Shown: in pieces, positions 1 through 11,539 of the stretch
How positions within the stretch are numbered: position 1 is the stretch's first letter
Layout of the letters: every line of letters begins with the position of its first letter
Origin: an uncultured cyanobacterium
Lineage (GTDB): Bacteria; Cyanobacteriota; Cyanobacteriia; Cyanobacteriales; Nostocaceae
Length of the DNA: 64,000 bases
Assembly: GCA_963740315.1 (NCBI GenBank)
Contig: CAVUDP010000002.1
Span: 3,680,001-3,744,000, forward strand
Reading direction: 5' to 3'
Translations under genes and position numbers: made by a program
Notes under the pieces: model-generated
Databases searched by the model: none
What the model saw: only the letters and a program-made list of their open reading frames with translations
Told to the model about the DNA's origin: nothing

Positions 1-2
1 AG

Positions 3-143
3 GGGCATTATTCACCAAAAACTGTTGAAGTAATAGAAGAAATTTCTCAGGCTTATGTTACCTGGCGTTATGGGGGTAACAACCCAAATTTAAGCAGTCT
101 CCGTCAAAAATGGCAGGATATAAGAAATACTTCAAAAAATTAA
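3..143 (+). CDS. 3' end of a gene entering from the left, possibly a transglutaminase/DUF4129-type protein
   Basis: Open frame GHYSPKTVEVIEEISQAYVTWRYGGNNPNLSSLRQKWQDIRNTSKN* (TAA 141-143); the EISQAYVxWRYG motif resembles cyanobacterial TgpA/DUF4129 C-termini. Confidence 0.5.
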   Translation, partial: GHYSPKTVEVIEEISQAYVTWRYGGNNPNLSSLRQKWQDIRNTSKN

Positions 144-936
144 GCTTGTATTTGTGATTTCTAATATATAGAAATATATAGCTATAGGTACAAATCCCCC
201 AGACTTTAATTAATCAAGTATGGGGGATTAAAATTCGCCTGTGGTTTATTCATAAGCGATGTTGCTTTTGTATTGTCATAGAGCGCCATACACCATGTTG
301 GCGCACTTTACTGTCTTCACTGCGATTAAAAAAATTTATTGTAAACAAAATATTTAAATAGACGTAGTAATTAATACCGAGTCACTTTTAAGGGAAACTT
401 TCCTTGTATCTGTGAGGGATTTGCTGTTCTTACTTAACAGCGATCGGATATAAAATAAATCCTTTTTTAAAGAAATATATATAAGAATTTTTTAAAGTCA
501 GCATTAGATATATTGATTGTTGAAAATATATAAATATTGATTTATAAACTTGTAAATTAACACACATTTACATTGCTTAAATAAACTCCCAAAAGATAAA
601 TATTTGCATCTCAGGAGGCAGCTTTTCATAAGAAGTAGAAACCCGATGGGGGTAGTAAAACTGGGTATGAAGAATCAGGTAATATAGTCAGCTTGAATTT
701 TATAGGGAATCGTATAATACCTTGTTTGGGCAATATTTTATCTATCTCTTAGGGAGTATTTTAAAGAAACATCTGTAAGAAATAATTAATAAAAGCCGTT
801 TATAAATAAAATCAAAAGTAGTTGGGAACTAAGCGCGTTGTTAGTGCTATTTTTTGGGGATAACATGAAAACAGTTGCTTTTAAGGCATGATTAGTCATG
901 TCCAGTTCTTACACACATTAACATAGCAGTTTTTTT

Positions 937-1203
937 ATGGACATTCAGTTAATCAACATCGGTTTCGGCAATATTGTTTCTGCCAACCGAGTAGTTGCAA
1001 TTGTCAGTCCAGAATCAGCTCCAATCAAGCGAATCATTACCGATGCGCGAGATAGAGGTCAACTGATTGATGCAACTTACGGTCGTCGCACAAGGGCTGT
1101 TATTATCACGGATTCAAGTCACGTTATTCTTTCGGCTATCCAACCCGAAACCGTAGCGAATCGTTTCGTTATTTCCCGCGAACATCATGTTGTAGATAAC
1201 TAA
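937..1203 (+). CDS. remA: DUF370 / extracellular matrix regulator RemA family protein
   Basis: [28 protein letters not shown]...[13 protein letters not shown] signature; directly upstream of gmk. Confidence 0.92.
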   Translation: MDIQLINIGFGNIVSANRVVAIVSPESAPIKRIITDARDRGQLIDATYGRRTRAVIITDSSHVILSAIQPETVANRFVISREHHVVDN

Positions 1204-1480
1204 AAGGGGTATGGGTCACAATTTCCGCAAAAATAATGGGCGGGCTTTTTTGAAAGATGCCGCTGGGGCTACAAGAGACGTGCTGGTTATTTTAGGGTTT
1301 CCCGAACCTTGGTTAATATCCCGGACGACAAGAATGTATACATTTTTCTGTACCATGTGAATTAACAGACTTAAAAAGTCGTTGATTTTACAACCCTCAT
1401 TAGGCAATAGTCATTTGCAAAACTAACAAATGACTACTGACTGATGAATAATGTATATAAATTGATTACAGGGAAAGCGG

Positions 1481-2095
1481 ATGATGCAAGTGCTATCGAC
1501 TCGATTTGGTGCTACTACTAACAAATTACTGTCTACGGGGAAGCTGATTGTTTTAACAGGTCCTAGTGGTGTCGGAAAAGGCACTTTAATGCGATTACTT
1601 CTTTCGCGTCATCCCGAACTCAATTACTCAATATCTGCCACTACCCGTCCTCCTCGTCCGGGGGAAGTGGACGGCAAAGACTATTATTTTATTAGCCGTA
1701 GCAAATTCCAGCGGTTAATTGAGCAAGGTGAATTTCTAGAGTGGGCGGAATTTGCCGGTAATTTATACGGTACTCCTCGCAAACCAGTAATTGACCTGAT
1801 GGAGTCTGGAAAATCGGTACTACTTGAAATTGAGTTGGAAGGGGCACGTAAAATTCGTGCCGCATTTCCCGAACTGTTGAGTATTTTTATACTTCCACCA
1901 ACTTTTAATGAATTAGAGAAACGGATACGCGGTAGAAAGAAAGATTCTTCCGAGGCTATATCGCGTCGTTTAAAGCGTGCTAAAGAAGAAATTGACTGTG
2001 CTTCTGAATTCCATATTCAAATAGTGAATGACGATTTAGAAACCGCAGTTCGCGATATTGAAGTGGCAATCTCGGACGATCGCGAATTATTTTGA
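1481..2095 (+). CDS. gmk: Guanylate kinase
   Basis: P-loop GPSGVGKGT, SATTRPPRPGEVDGKDYYF, YGTP motifs. Confidence 0.97.
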   Translation: MMQVLSTRFGATTNKLLSTGKLIVLTGPSGVGKGTLMRLLLSRHPELNYSISATTRPPRPGEVDGKDYYFISRSKFQRLIEQGEFLEWAEFAGNLYGTPRKPVIDLMESGKSVLLEIELEGARKIRAAFPELLSIFILPPTFNELEKRIRGRKKDSSEAISRRLKRAKEEIDCASEFHIQIVNDDLETAVRDIEVAISDDRELF

Positions 2096-2151
2096 TTAAC
2101 CGCAAGCTGAGCCGCGCCGTTGCAGGCGATCGCGCTCAATGCCTCATAAAT

Positions 2152-2197
2152 AAAGGACACTAACCAAGACTATTAAAGTCTTTGTGTTGTGTCCTTT
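2152..2197. terminator. Hairpin between convergent gmk and psaL
   Basis: AAAGGACAC..CAAGACT-ATTAA-AGTCTT..GTGTCCTTTT inverted repeat flanked by A/T runs. Confidence 0.55.
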
Positions 2198-2249
2198 TGC
2201 CTTTATGGCTGTTAACATCTACTTGACGATCGGGGCATGAAACCGAATA

Positions 2250-2777
2250 TCAACCAAATAAACCTTGGATAAATGCCAAGTTGCTGGTTAAAAAGTAGGC
2301 TGTTACCCCGCCACCAATCCCACCAATTAAAAAAGCACTAGCAAAGTTGTTCCAACCTTCCATAGTATTAAAAGCACTAGGTGGATTGGGCACAGTTACT
2401 GTGGCAACTGGTTTGGGTGGATTGCTATTAGCGTATAAAGATAAGCAAGCGGTGAGAATCACAACCAAGCCGATTGTGGAAAGCAACCCAGCTAAGTTAG
2501 CTGACGGTGCATTACGCAGGGGACCTAATTTAGCAAATGGACCAAATAACAAGTAACCGTGAGCCATCCCAACCTCTAATCCTCGTCTAAAAGGAGTTAT
2601 ATCGGGACGATAAGCAGGTAAGTTTCTGATAAACCACTTGCTTAGATGAGAAGCATTAATTGGCGTTTCTAGATTGCCTGTTTGCGGATTGCCTTCTGCG
2701 GCAAAAACAACTTCCTGATTTCTAGCGTCGTTAGGTTTATTTTTCGCTTCATCTAATGCTTGCACTATATTTCCCAT
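2250..2777 (-). CDS. psaL: Photosystem I subunit XI PsaL
   Basis: GNLETPIN, NLPAYR, RRGLEVGMAHGY, GPLRN motifs. Confidence 0.97.
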   Translation of the reverse strand: MGNIVQALDEAKNKPNDARNQEVVFAAEGNPQTGNLETPINASHLSKWFIRNLPAYRPDITPFRRGLEVGMAHGYLLFGPFAKLGPLRNAPSANLAGLLSTIGLVVILTACLSLYANSNPPKPVATVTVPNPPSAFNTMEGWNNFASAFLIGGIGGGVTAYFLTSNLAFIQGLFG

Positions 2778-2879
2778 GTTTTATTTTTACCTCTCGAATA
2801 AATGAATACTTTTCTACATCTTAATAATTGTATCTAGAGGAGCTTTTTAACAGTAATTTTTAGAAAAATTAATAAATAC

Positions 2880-2918
2880 AAAACTCGCTTGTGCCGAACG
2901 CAGCACAAGCGAGTTTTA
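2880..2918. terminator. Strong hairpin between psaJ and psaL (terminator or transcript-stabilising stem)
   Basis: AAAACTCGCTTGTGC-CGAACGCA-GCACAAGCGAGTTTT perfect 15-bp stem. Confidence 0.65.
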
Positions 2919-3014
2919 CTAAAAATTATTCCAACATAAATAGGGGTTTATTCAGAGTTATTAAGTTATAGAACAACTGCTAACTCCAAACAACAATCGA
3001 ATTGTATACCCAAT

Positions 3015-3149
3015 TTATGGTAGTGGATGGAACAATAGGTCAGGAAAAATGTAGTTGAATGTAATCAACAACACCGCAGTAAATATTAACCAGCCAAACA
3101 GTAGGACTGGTGCGAGGGAAAGATACCTCAATAAATCGTTTTGCTGCAT
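3015..3149 (-). CDS. psaJ: Photosystem I subunit IX PsaJ (44 aa, absent from the ORF track)
   Basis: Manual translation [44 protein letters not shown]; lies between psaF and psaL. Confidence 0.93.
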   Translation of the reverse strand: MQQNDLLRYLSLAPVLLFGWLIFTAVLLITFNYIFPDLLFHPLP

Positions 3150-3342
3150 GGATTGTACTCCCAAATAATGAGCTTCGATCGATGGATTTTCGATGAGTAG
3201 ATTTACGCGCCTGTATAATAAAGAAGAATGATTTAAAAGACAGCCAATAAATCAACTATTAATTAACAATAGTTAATAATTATTAGCAAGACTTGGAATA
3301 GCTAAGGTCGCTATTAAAAATTCTCCTCACTAACAATTGCTA

Positions 3343-3837
3343 CTAGCGTGGAGAAATTGGAATTTCTTCATCTTTTGCGGTCAATTCACCCGAAAGCAAT
3401 TCTTTAATTGCTGCTGCGGGCCAAGCGAAACCAGAAAGCATTAGTGGTAATGCTGTAGGTACGTCGATAATTACTTCCTTCATTTCAGCATCTTTTTCGT
3501 TTCTAACGGCTTGGAGGTAAGAACGACCTACCCAACCAATCCAGCCAGCGATGTAAAGAAACAGAATGCCAGGAATTAGAAAGTCACCAGAACGACTCAA
3601 ACGACCATCAACAATTAAGTGAGGTAGACCCTCTGGACCGCATAAAGCCTGAGCATAACGTTCAAAACGTTTTTCTCCGCTATTAGGGTCGCTCGTCGTG
3701 TTGCGGGCATCCGCAGCACGTTGTTGAAAAGCGGGTGAGTCGCTGCATCTTACTAGGTCAGCACCTAGAGCAAAGGCTGGTGGGGCGAAATTAAACGCCA
3801 AACAAACAGCTAAAATTAGAGCAAACAAGCGTCGCAT
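3343..3837 (-). CDS. psaF: Photosystem I subunit III PsaF
   Basis: Signal peptide, [31 protein letters not shown], ends ISPR. Confidence 0.97.
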   Translation of the reverse strand: MRRLFALILAVCLAFNFAPPAFALGADLVRCSDSPAFQQRAADARNTTSDPNSGEKRFERYAQALCGPEGLPHLIVDGRLSRSGDFLIPGILFLYIAGWIGWVGRSYLQAVRNEKDAEMKEVIIDVPTALPLMLSGFAWPAAAIKELLSGELTAKDEEIPISPR

Positions 3838-4016
3838 GAAATTGTTTCCTTTTATTACGAAACAAAAAATATTTGTACAAAACGAAGCGGCTCGTACAAA
3901 TTTAAATTTGTGTAACTAAGAAGCGATCATACTCTTGATGCGTAAACGGAGTAAAGTTGAAGTAAATAAAAGTTAAAGCTTCTACAACAAAATTTTTATT
4001 CACATAACCTAGATAG

Positions 4017-5057
4017 ATGGCAACTGTTTTAGCAATAGAGACTAGCTGCGATGAGACTGCCGTAGCAATTGTAAATAATCGTCACGTTTGTAGCAACGTT
4101 GTAGCTTCCCAAATTTCAGTACATAAAAATTATGGTGGAGTAGTGCCAGAAGTTGCCTCCCGTATGCATTTGGAGACGATAAACCAACTTATTGACCTAG
4201 CTTTAGAACAAGCACAATTACATTGGAGCGACATTGATGGTGTAGCTGCAACTTGCGCCCCTGGATTGGTAGGGGCATTATTAGTGGGTTTAACCGCCGC
4301 TAAAACTTTATGTATGGTACGTTCCTTACCATTTATAGGAATTCATCACCTCGAAGGACATATTTATGCCAATTATTTAACCGAGCCAGCCCTTGAAACT
4401 CCATTTTTAAGCTTATTAGTTTCGGGAGGACATACAAGTTTAATTTACGTAAAAGATTGCGGAATCTATGAAAGCCTTGGAGCAACACGCGATGATGCCG
4501 CAGGTGAAGCATTTGACAAAGTAGCGCGGTTGTTAAAGCTAGGATATCCCGGTGGTCCAATAATTGACGAACTAGCACAACTTGGTAATTCGAGCGCCTT
4601 TAAATTGCCTGAAGGAAGAGTTTCTTTACCGTCGGGAGGCTATCATCCCTATGATGCGAGTTTTAGCGGGTTAAAGACAGCAGTATTGCGACTGGTACAG
4701 CAGTTAGAAAAAAATAATCCCTCAATACCCGTAGCAGATGTAGCAGCCAGCTTTCAGGATACCGTAGCCAGAGCGTTGACAAAAAGAGCCATAGCCTGCG
4801 CCTTAGATTATGGTTTGAAGACTATTACAGTTGGTGGTGGAGTCGCAGCCAACAGCGGTTTGAGAAAGCATTTACAAGCAGCAGCAGAAACTCATAACCT
4901 ACGAGTGTTATTTCCATCTCTAAAATTCTGTACCGATAACGCCGCCATGATCGGTTGCTGCGCCGCCGATCATCTTTCCAGAGGACATACTTCTTCTTTG
5001 AGTCTTGGCGTTGAATCAAGGCTAGCACTGAGTCGGGTGATGGAGCTTTATCAGTAA
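4017..5057 (+). CDS. tsaD: tRNA N6-adenosine threonylcarbamoyltransferase TsaD
   Basis: LAIETSCDET, GGVVPEVASR, HHLEGH, SGGHT, DDAAGEAFDK, CTDNAAMI motifs. Confidence 0.97.
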   Translation: MATVLAIETSCDETAVAIVNNRHVCSNVVASQISVHKNYGGVVPEVASRMHLETINQLIDLALEQAQLHWSDIDGVAATCAPGLVGALLVGLTAAKTLCMVRSLPFIGIHHLEGHIYANYLTEPALETPFLSLLVSGGHTSLIYVKDCGIYESLGATRDDAAGEAFDKVARLLKLGYPGGPIIDELAQLGNSSAFKLPEGRVSLPSGGYHPYDASFSGLKTAVLRLVQQLEKNNPSIPVADVAASFQDTVARALTKRAIACALDYGLKTITVGGGVAANSGLRKHLQAAAETHNLRVLFPSLKFCTDNAAMIGCCAADHLSRGHTSSLSLGVESRLALSRVMELYQ

Positions 5058-5060
5058 CTA

Positions 5061-5148
5061 GTTAGCAGTTAGCAGTTAGCAGTTAGCAGTTAGCAGTTAG
5101 CAGTTAGCAGTTAGCAGTTAGCAGTTAGCAGTTAGCAGTTAGCAGTTA
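5061..5148. repeat. Heptamer short tandem repeat (GTTAGCA)x12, STRR-like
   Basis: Directly visible. Confidence 0.95.
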
Positions 5149-5162
5149 ATAAGAATTATCTC

Positions 5163-5234
5163 TCCCTTGTCCCCTTGTCCCCTTGTCCCCTTGTCCCCTT
5201 GTCCCCTTGTCCCCTTGTCCCCTTGTCCCCTTGT
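5163..5234. repeat. Octamer tandem repeat (CCCCTTGT)x~9
   Basis: Directly visible. Confidence 0.95.
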
Positions 5235-5268
5235 CTCCCCCGAACCCCATCCCCTGCGGCCCAATTTC

Positions 5269-6168
5269 TTAATTGATAATAGAGCGGATGCGATCGGCGA
5301 CAATATCTGGCTGCTCTAGCATTGCTAAGTGTCCGCAGTCGGGAATTTCGATTACGTTGTCGCCGCAGTCTTGAAACAAGGGATGGAAACTAGCTAAGTG
5401 ACGAACGTATTTTGGTTCCATGACTTTATCTTCGGCACCTGTTAAGAAATAAACTGGCTGTTTAAGTTGAGATACCAATTGTGGTAAATAATTTATTTGT
5501 TCTTCTGTTGTAGAGTCTAGTAGCGTTCCTAAAGCAGCTTGAGGATCGGCTACTAAAAAATCGATGATTCGCTGCCGTGCCCAATAACGTTCCAAGGGAC
5601 GCGCTACAGAATTTCTGGCGAACAATATGTCAATTAAAGGTACTTGAGATAGCCATCTGGGACGAAGCTGTAAAAACCTTTGTCCTGCGGTGCGGAATTT
5701 TTCAAAGGCTTCTTTAAGATAAATACCACCACCGGAATTGATACAGATTACTCCTTTAACTTCTTGAGTCATCTGAGCTGCTGTCCATAAAGCAATGGTG
5801 CCACCAAGGGAATGACCAATTAACCAAACATTATTTAGATTTAACTTTCGCAGCAGTACTACTAAATCTTCCATGTAGGCAGATGGAGTGTAAGGAGAAT
5901 CAAACGGATTAACGGATGTCTTACGCCCCGTCATTAAATCTGAGGAGGCGTTATTCTGAGGTATTTTTGTCTCTTTCAATTGAGATTCCCCAAAACCTCG
6001 TAAGTCATATGAAAGGCACCCAAAATCTGGCTGGAGACGTTCAATCGTAGGTTGCCAGTATCCACGGCTATTAAGCCAACCGTGGATAAATACTAAAGTG
6101 TGGGAGTTGTCAGCAGGAACCGTTAGCTCGTATGCGTGGGGAACGCCGAAGATTTCGATAGTTGCCAT
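5269..6168 (-). CDS. Alpha/beta fold hydrolase
   Basis: VFIHGW, YDLRGFGES, nucleophile elbow GHSLGG, C-terminal GH. Confidence 0.9.
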   Translation of the reverse strand: MATIEIFGVPHAYELTVPADNSHTLVFIHGWLNSRGYWQPTIERLQPDFGCLSYDLRGFGESQLKETKIPQNNASSDLMTGRKTSVNPFDSPYTPSAYMEDLVVLLRKLNLNNVWLIGHSLGGTIALWTAAQMTQEVKGVICINSGGGIYLKEAFEKFRTAGQRFLQLRPRWLSQVPLIDILFARNSVARPLERYWARQRIIDFLVADPQAALGTLLDSTTEEQINYLPQLVSQLKQPVYFLTGAEDKVMEPKYVRHLASFHPLFQDCGDNVIEIPDCGHLAMLEQPDIVADRIRSIIN

Positions 6169-6280
6169 GAAAGCAGCACGTACCTTTAATGACGTTTGCC
6201 ATAAAACAGTAGTTTTACTATTTAATTTTCGCAGTTATTCAATCGCTTTTTTGACGATAAGTCCACCTTTATAAAAATAT

Positions 6281-7000
6281 TCAACTTCCGAGAAATCTTC
6301 CACGGACGCTTTGGGCAATTTTGTGACCTAAATATTCCGGAATTAAGCTTTCATTAGGTCCTAATAAATAAAGTATCAAGCGCGTGCGTCCGCGCCAAAC
6401 CAGCAAGTTAGCATTGACTACGAGCAAGTCTTCAAGCCACATAGCGTACATAACTTTATAGAATAATCCCGGTTGGTTGTCAGCTTCAATCACTAAAGCT
6501 GGTAAATGAAACACTGGATCTACATAAAACTCGGTTTCGACTTTTTCTAAACCAGCGTCAAGGTTAAATTCTACCGCTAGCATCTCTTCTACCTCAAAAC
6601 GTCCTCCCAAAGCTTCGCGAATTGCACGAGTGACGTTTTCTGCTGTTTTTTCCGAAAGGGCTTTGCTACCACGAGATACAAGTAGTTTAATAAAAACCAA
6701 CATCGGTGGTTTGATTTGTCCGTACAAACTTAAACTGTGAATTGTAAGTCCGTAAGCCGCTAGAACACCAAAAATATCGCTGAGGAGAAAAGACTGGTTG
6801 CGGTAGGCGAAATGCAAAGCACTTTTACCCCCTTCAGGTTTTAACTCGATAACGGCACGTCTGGTTTTATAGAGTCGATAAGCTAGCCGCAAATTTTGCA
6901 GTTGAATCTCACTGCTCACAAATTGTTCGTAAAACTGGGGAAACGACTTATTAAAGCGTTTTAGAAGTTCCAGTGTTGATGTTTTTAAACCAGAAGCCAT
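6281..7000 (-). CDS. Conserved cyanobacterial protein with probable tandem ACT-like domains
   Basis: NQSFLLSDIFGVLAAYGLTIHS and ADNQPGLFYKVMYAM segments resemble the two ACT repeats of GlnD. Confidence 0.6.
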   Translation of the reverse strand: MASGLKTSTLELLKRFNKSFPQFYEQFVSSEIQLQNLRLAYRLYKTRRAVIELKPEGGKSALHFAYRNQSFLLSDIFGVLAAYGLTIHSLSLYGQIKPPMLVFIKLLVSRGSKALSEKTAENVTRAIREALGGRFEVEEMLAVEFNLDAGLEKVETEFYVDPVFHLPALVIEADNQPGLFYKVMYAMWLEDLLVVNANLLVWRGRTRLILYLLGPNESLIPEYLGHKIAQSVRGRFLGS

Positions 7001-7313
7001 TTTTTAATGTAAGACTCGCTTGCTGTTGTCAAAATAAATACTATTGAACGGGAAATAAAAAAACTATATAGCCGCCCCTCAAAATTTTAAGGCACTGTTG
7101 TATACAATTAATTCTCAGATTTGGTGCCCCTCAACTCGTGAATTTTTCCGCCTTGTTTGTCAACAAGATGTTAAAGTTGAAAATAATTGATGTTAAACAC
7201 GTATGACCGCTGCTGGCTTCTATCAAATCTCGTCAAAATTAACATCTGTTAGTTAATGTAGAGTTTTATAGAAAGCTTGCTGCGATAAGCGTGGTTCAAT
7301 ATACACGCTTTAA

Positions 7314-7889
<576 letters not shown>

Positions 7890-8120
7890 TCCCAAATTTT
7901 TCTGCTTCTCACCTTCTTAAATTATTTTAAAGTTGGCTTTGTCACGGCTAAGTAGTGCGCGGAATACCGCAAATGTAGATCCGCGCCTATTTATAAATTG
8001 GAGTACCAAGGCTTGTAAATCAAATTAAAACCAACCATTAGTTAATAATTTAATAATTTATTTGCCATCGGTATATTAAGTGTGATAATATATAAATATT
8101 GCCGCTTACACGGTTATGTC

Positions 8121-8194
8121 CGGGATGTAGCGCAGCTTGGTAGCGCGCCTGCTTTGGGAGCAGGATGTCGCAGGTTCGAATCCTGTCATCCCGA
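8121..8194 (+). tRNA. trnP: tRNA-Pro (TGG)
   Basis: CGGGATG/CATCCCG acceptor stem, CCTGC-TTTGGGA-GCAGG anticodon arm, GTTCGAATC T-loop. Confidence 0.97.
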
Positions 8195-8774
8195 TTTAAA
8201 GAATATATTTTATGAATGCTTTAAAACGATTAAAGGGTTTAAAATTTTTATAGTAACTATTAAAAATCAAAATCAAAGTATAGATTATTATTTTTTCGTA
8301 AATTAAGTACACATACAGCAGCAAAAAGTACTTTAATGGTAAGTATTAATTTGTAAGTTAACGGCAAGCTTTAAACAAAAATAATACTTTTAAGTTACGA
8401 CACATCAATCATAAATGCCCGAAAAAGAAAGCATTGATTAAATTATCTCAAATAAGGCGTGTCAAAAATAAATGCTTTCTCAACACTGAATGTGGAACGA
8501 TTTTTTTTTCGATAGCGTCAACATTTTTTAAGAAAAGCAATAAAATGGCACTTGATGTGTCTACAAGCGGAAATATTTTTTTTCGCTCATTATTTTTTCA
8601 ATATGTCTATATAGGCATTTGCCTCGTTGTTAATTAAAATATTGGACAAACAAGGTAGATAGGCAACTGGTGCAGTCAGAAAAGCTTTTGAAGAGACTAT
8701 AACTGTATAAGTCGATTCAAGGAGTATATACAGCCTGCCTGGAATTTATCAAAATATTAATGCTAGGAGAAGTC

Positions 8775-9578
8775 ATGAAATCATTAGTTCGCTGGGGAAC
8801 AACATTAGGTGTAGTGGGGAGTACTCTACTAGCAACTGTTACAAGCGGAATTGCCCCAGTAATTGCATTGTCAGAACAAGAAATTAAAAGTAAGCTGGAC
8901 AACATTCCAGTATGGTTGATTACTAATCCACAAGGTTTACCGTTAAGTCGTCCTTTACCCGAACAAAATGGTAAGAAAGCGGGTGGTTCTGTAACTGGCG
9001 TTTACATGAGCAAACAAGAGGCTCAAACCTTTATCAGCGATTTACAAAAGGTCAAAGATAAAGATCCGAAAATGACCCAGATGGTGAAAAGCCTACAGGT
9101 TACTCCCGTACCTTTAGGAGTCATTTTTCAGCAAGTGCAAAAATCGAAAAATGAACCAAACCGCTTGTTATTTGCCTTTAAACCAGTTGATAAGGAAGTT
9201 CAAGGAGCAATGAGCTTGTTGAAAAAAAGCGGTCAACAGGTAAAACAGTTTAGAAGCGTACCCACTTTTCTAGTCAGGTTTGCACCAGACAAAAGCTACG
9301 TACCAATTAAACTCGGAGATCAAAAAAACGAACAGGAAGTAGTTCCCGTGTTCTTTAGTATGCAAGACGCTAACAATCTGCTCAACCAAGTCAAGCCAAA
9401 ATTTCCCAAAGCTGATATTCAGGTGGTAGATGTAGACGGTATACTTAGTACTTTGCAGGAGAAAAACGACCCTTGGCTCGATAGAGTAGTCTTTTTCCCC
9501 AATCCAGAAGCTAGGCAATATATCCAGAATCTTCCCAAGCAAAAAGCGCCTAGCTCAGCACCTGCAAAGAAAAAATAG
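8775..9578 (+). CDS. tic22: Tic22 family periplasmic chaperone
   Basis: ATG 8775 after AGGAGA; signal peptide, then ALSEQEIKSKLDNIPVWLITNPQGLPL, VPLG, VPVFF motifs. Confidence 0.85.
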   Translation: MKSLVRWGTTLGVVGSTLLATVTSGIAPVIALSEQEIKSKLDNIPVWLITNPQGLPLSRPLPEQNGKKAGGSVTGVYMSKQEAQTFISDLQKVKDKDPKMTQMVKSLQVTPVPLGVIFQQVQKSKNEPNRLLFAFKPVDKEVQGAMSLLKKSGQQVKQFRSVPTFLVRFAPDKSYVPIKLGDQKNEQEVVPVFFSMQDANNLLNQVKPKFPKADIQVVDVDGILSTLQEKNDPWLDRVVFFPNPEARQYIQNLPKQKAPSSAPAKKK

Positions 9579-9606
9579 TACATAATTGCTCCCATATTCT
9601 TAAGAC

Positions 9607-10533
9607 ATGGCGGATAAGCAGCTACAGGTATCTGGTAATAAACTTTCTGAGTGGCGAGATGCTGCCATATCAGCTGCTTCATCCGCTAATGTCCCGGAGG
9701 CTGAAGTAGATTGGTTGCTACAGGAAATAGCTGGATTAGATCGTTTGGCGCTGCGTATTGGTTCTTTCAAAGACGATCGCATTCAGCTAAAGTTATCTCT
9801 ACACGAATTATCAGCACTGTGGCAACAAAGGCTCCGCGAAAGGCTTCCCGTACAGTACATTACAAAAATTACTCCTTGGCGACATTTTAATATTAAAGTT
9901 TCACCTCAAGTTTTAATTCCCAGACCTGAAACAGAATCCTTAATTGATTTAGCAATAGCCGCTACTGCCGACAACCCAACAATGCGGCAAGGACATTGGG
10001 CGGACTTGGGCACAGGTAGTGGAATAATAGCTTTAGGATTAGCTTCGGCTTTTAGTCAAGCGAAAATTCATGCTGTAGATTTTTCTTCGGAAGCACTTTC
10101 GATCGCTCGAGTAAACGCCGATAATTACAGTTTTAGCGATCGCATTGAATTCTATCAAGGTTCTTGGTGGGAACCCTTAGATTTTCTTAAAGGTGAATTT
10201 AGCGGCATGGTATCCAATCCACCTTATATTCCTAGCAGTACCTTACCCGAACTACAGCCAGAAGTATTTAAACACGAACCGCATTTAGCTTTAGATGGCG
10301 GTGATGATGGTTTAGAATGTATCCGCCATTTGGTAGAAACTTCCTCCGATTATCTAAAACCTGGTGGAATATGGCTGATTGAAATGATGGCAGGACAAGC
10401 AGACAAAGTTAGCCAAATGTTGCGATCGCACGGTAACTATAGCAAAATTGAAATTTATCCCGATTTAGCTGGAATTGAGCGTTTTGCACTCGCTTATAAA
10501 AGTGAGGAGTTAGGAGTTAGGAGTGAGGAGTGA
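9607..10533 (+). CDS. prmC: Release factor glutamine methyltransferase PrmC/HemK
   Basis: VLIPRPETE, DLGTGSG, SNPPYI, ALDGG. Confidence 0.96.
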   Translation: MADKQLQVSGNKLSEWRDAAISAASSANVPEAEVDWLLQEIAGLDRLALRIGSFKDDRIQLKLSLHELSALWQQRLRERLPVQYITKITPWRHFNIKVSPQVLIPRPETESLIDLAIAATADNPTMRQGHWADLGTGSGIIALGLASAFSQAKIHAVDFSSEALSIARVNADNYSFSDRIEFYQGSWWEPLDFLKGEFSGMVSNPPYIPSSTLPELQPEVFKHEPHLALDGGDDGLECIRHLVETSSDYLKPGGIWLIEMMAGQADKVSQMLRSHGNYSKIEIYPDLAGIERFALAYKSEELGVRSEE

Positions 10534-10612
10534 GGAGTTAGGAGTTAGTACCTTGTAGGTGATAAATAATAATTAATAACTAACAACTAACAACTAAAAA
10601 CTAACAACTAAT
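10501..10612. repeat. STRR-type heptamer repeats (GAGTTAG/GAGTGAG; CTAACAA)
   Basis: Directly visible; the first block overlaps the prmC 3' end (SEELGVRSEE). Confidence 0.8.
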
Positions 10613-10621
10613 AACTGATAA

Positions 10622-11212
10622 ATGACACAGGTTTCTATTGCTGAGTTGGTTGCAGGAGCTAGAATTGGTAAAGTAGTCAGCTTCCCTACAGATACTGTTC
10701 CGGCTCTGGCTGCTTTACCTGAAAATGCAGCGTTAATTTTTACCGTAAAACAACGGAGTATGAATAAGCCGTTAATACTGATGGCGGCTGACTCGGAGCA
10801 AGTTTGGGATTTTGTAGAAGGCAGTCAAGAAGAGTATGAAATATGGCAGCAAGTTGCGGATAAATACTGGGGTGGAGCGCTGACTTTAGTATTACCTGCG
10901 TCGGCGAAAGTGCCGAAAGTTATGAATCCTAATGACCCTACTACAATTGGAATCAGAGTTCCACAAAATGATATTGCTTGCAGGATTCTAGCGCAAACTG
11001 GTCCTCTGGCTACTACTAGCGCTAATTTGTCTGGACAGCCTCCCTTGCAAACTATCCCAGAAATTGAGGCAGAGTTTCCCGATATATTAACTTTGGCGAC
11101 AACAGCATATGATGATAAAACGCCTGCTATGGGTATTCCTTCCACTGTTGCTAAATGGAATCAAGGAAAATGGCAGATTTTGCGTCAAGGAGCAATTAAT
11201 TTAGATATTTGA
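10622..11212 (+). CDS. tsaC: L-threonylcarbamoyladenylate synthase (YrdC/Sua5)
   Basis: SFPTDTV, KQRSMNKPL, TIGIRVP, TTSANLSG, PST, ILRQGA. Confidence 0.92.
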   Translation: MTQVSIAELVAGARIGKVVSFPTDTVPALAALPENAALIFTVKQRSMNKPLILMAADSEQVWDFVEGSQEEYEIWQQVADKYWGGALTLVLPASAKVPKVMNPNDPTTIGIRVPQNDIACRILAQTGPLATTSANLSGQPPLQTIPEIEAEFPDILTLATTAYDDKTPAMGIPSTVAKWNQGKWQILRQGAINLDI

Positions 11213-11539
11213 ATATTTAAATATTTAAATTAACATTTAAACTTTGAAGAAATATTTAGTGGTTATAATTTTATTTTGTGCTTTTTTATAGCCGTAGCGC
11301 TTTAAAATTTTAAATAATGTTTGTAACAGCAGTACAAAAGTCCTTCTAACCTTTTTCTCCTACGGAAAATATGGTTAGCGATTTGTATTGCGATATTTAA
11401 TTCAATCAAGCACTGCTGTCAAAAAATTATTTTACTTCAAGTTTGACGCTGTGACCATCCGGTCAAAATTATTTCTTGGAGTGGGGATTTGAGGTGGAAA
11501 AAAGTATTATTAGTTATATTGCTCAATTTTTATCTAAGG

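Noticed and set aside
3040..3255. 71-aa ORF from the track
   Set aside because: Overlaps psaJ in another frame and has no recognisable motif.
5061..5234. Tandem repeats as a CRISPR array
   Set aside because: 7-8 bp units without spacers, typical STRR; no cas genes or repeat-spacer arrays seen anywhere in the window.
8082..8306. 74-aa ORF
   Set aside because: Spans tRNA-Pro; spurious.
11323..11335. GTAACAGCAGTAC as an NtcA site
   Set aside because: The spacer is 7 nt, not 8.
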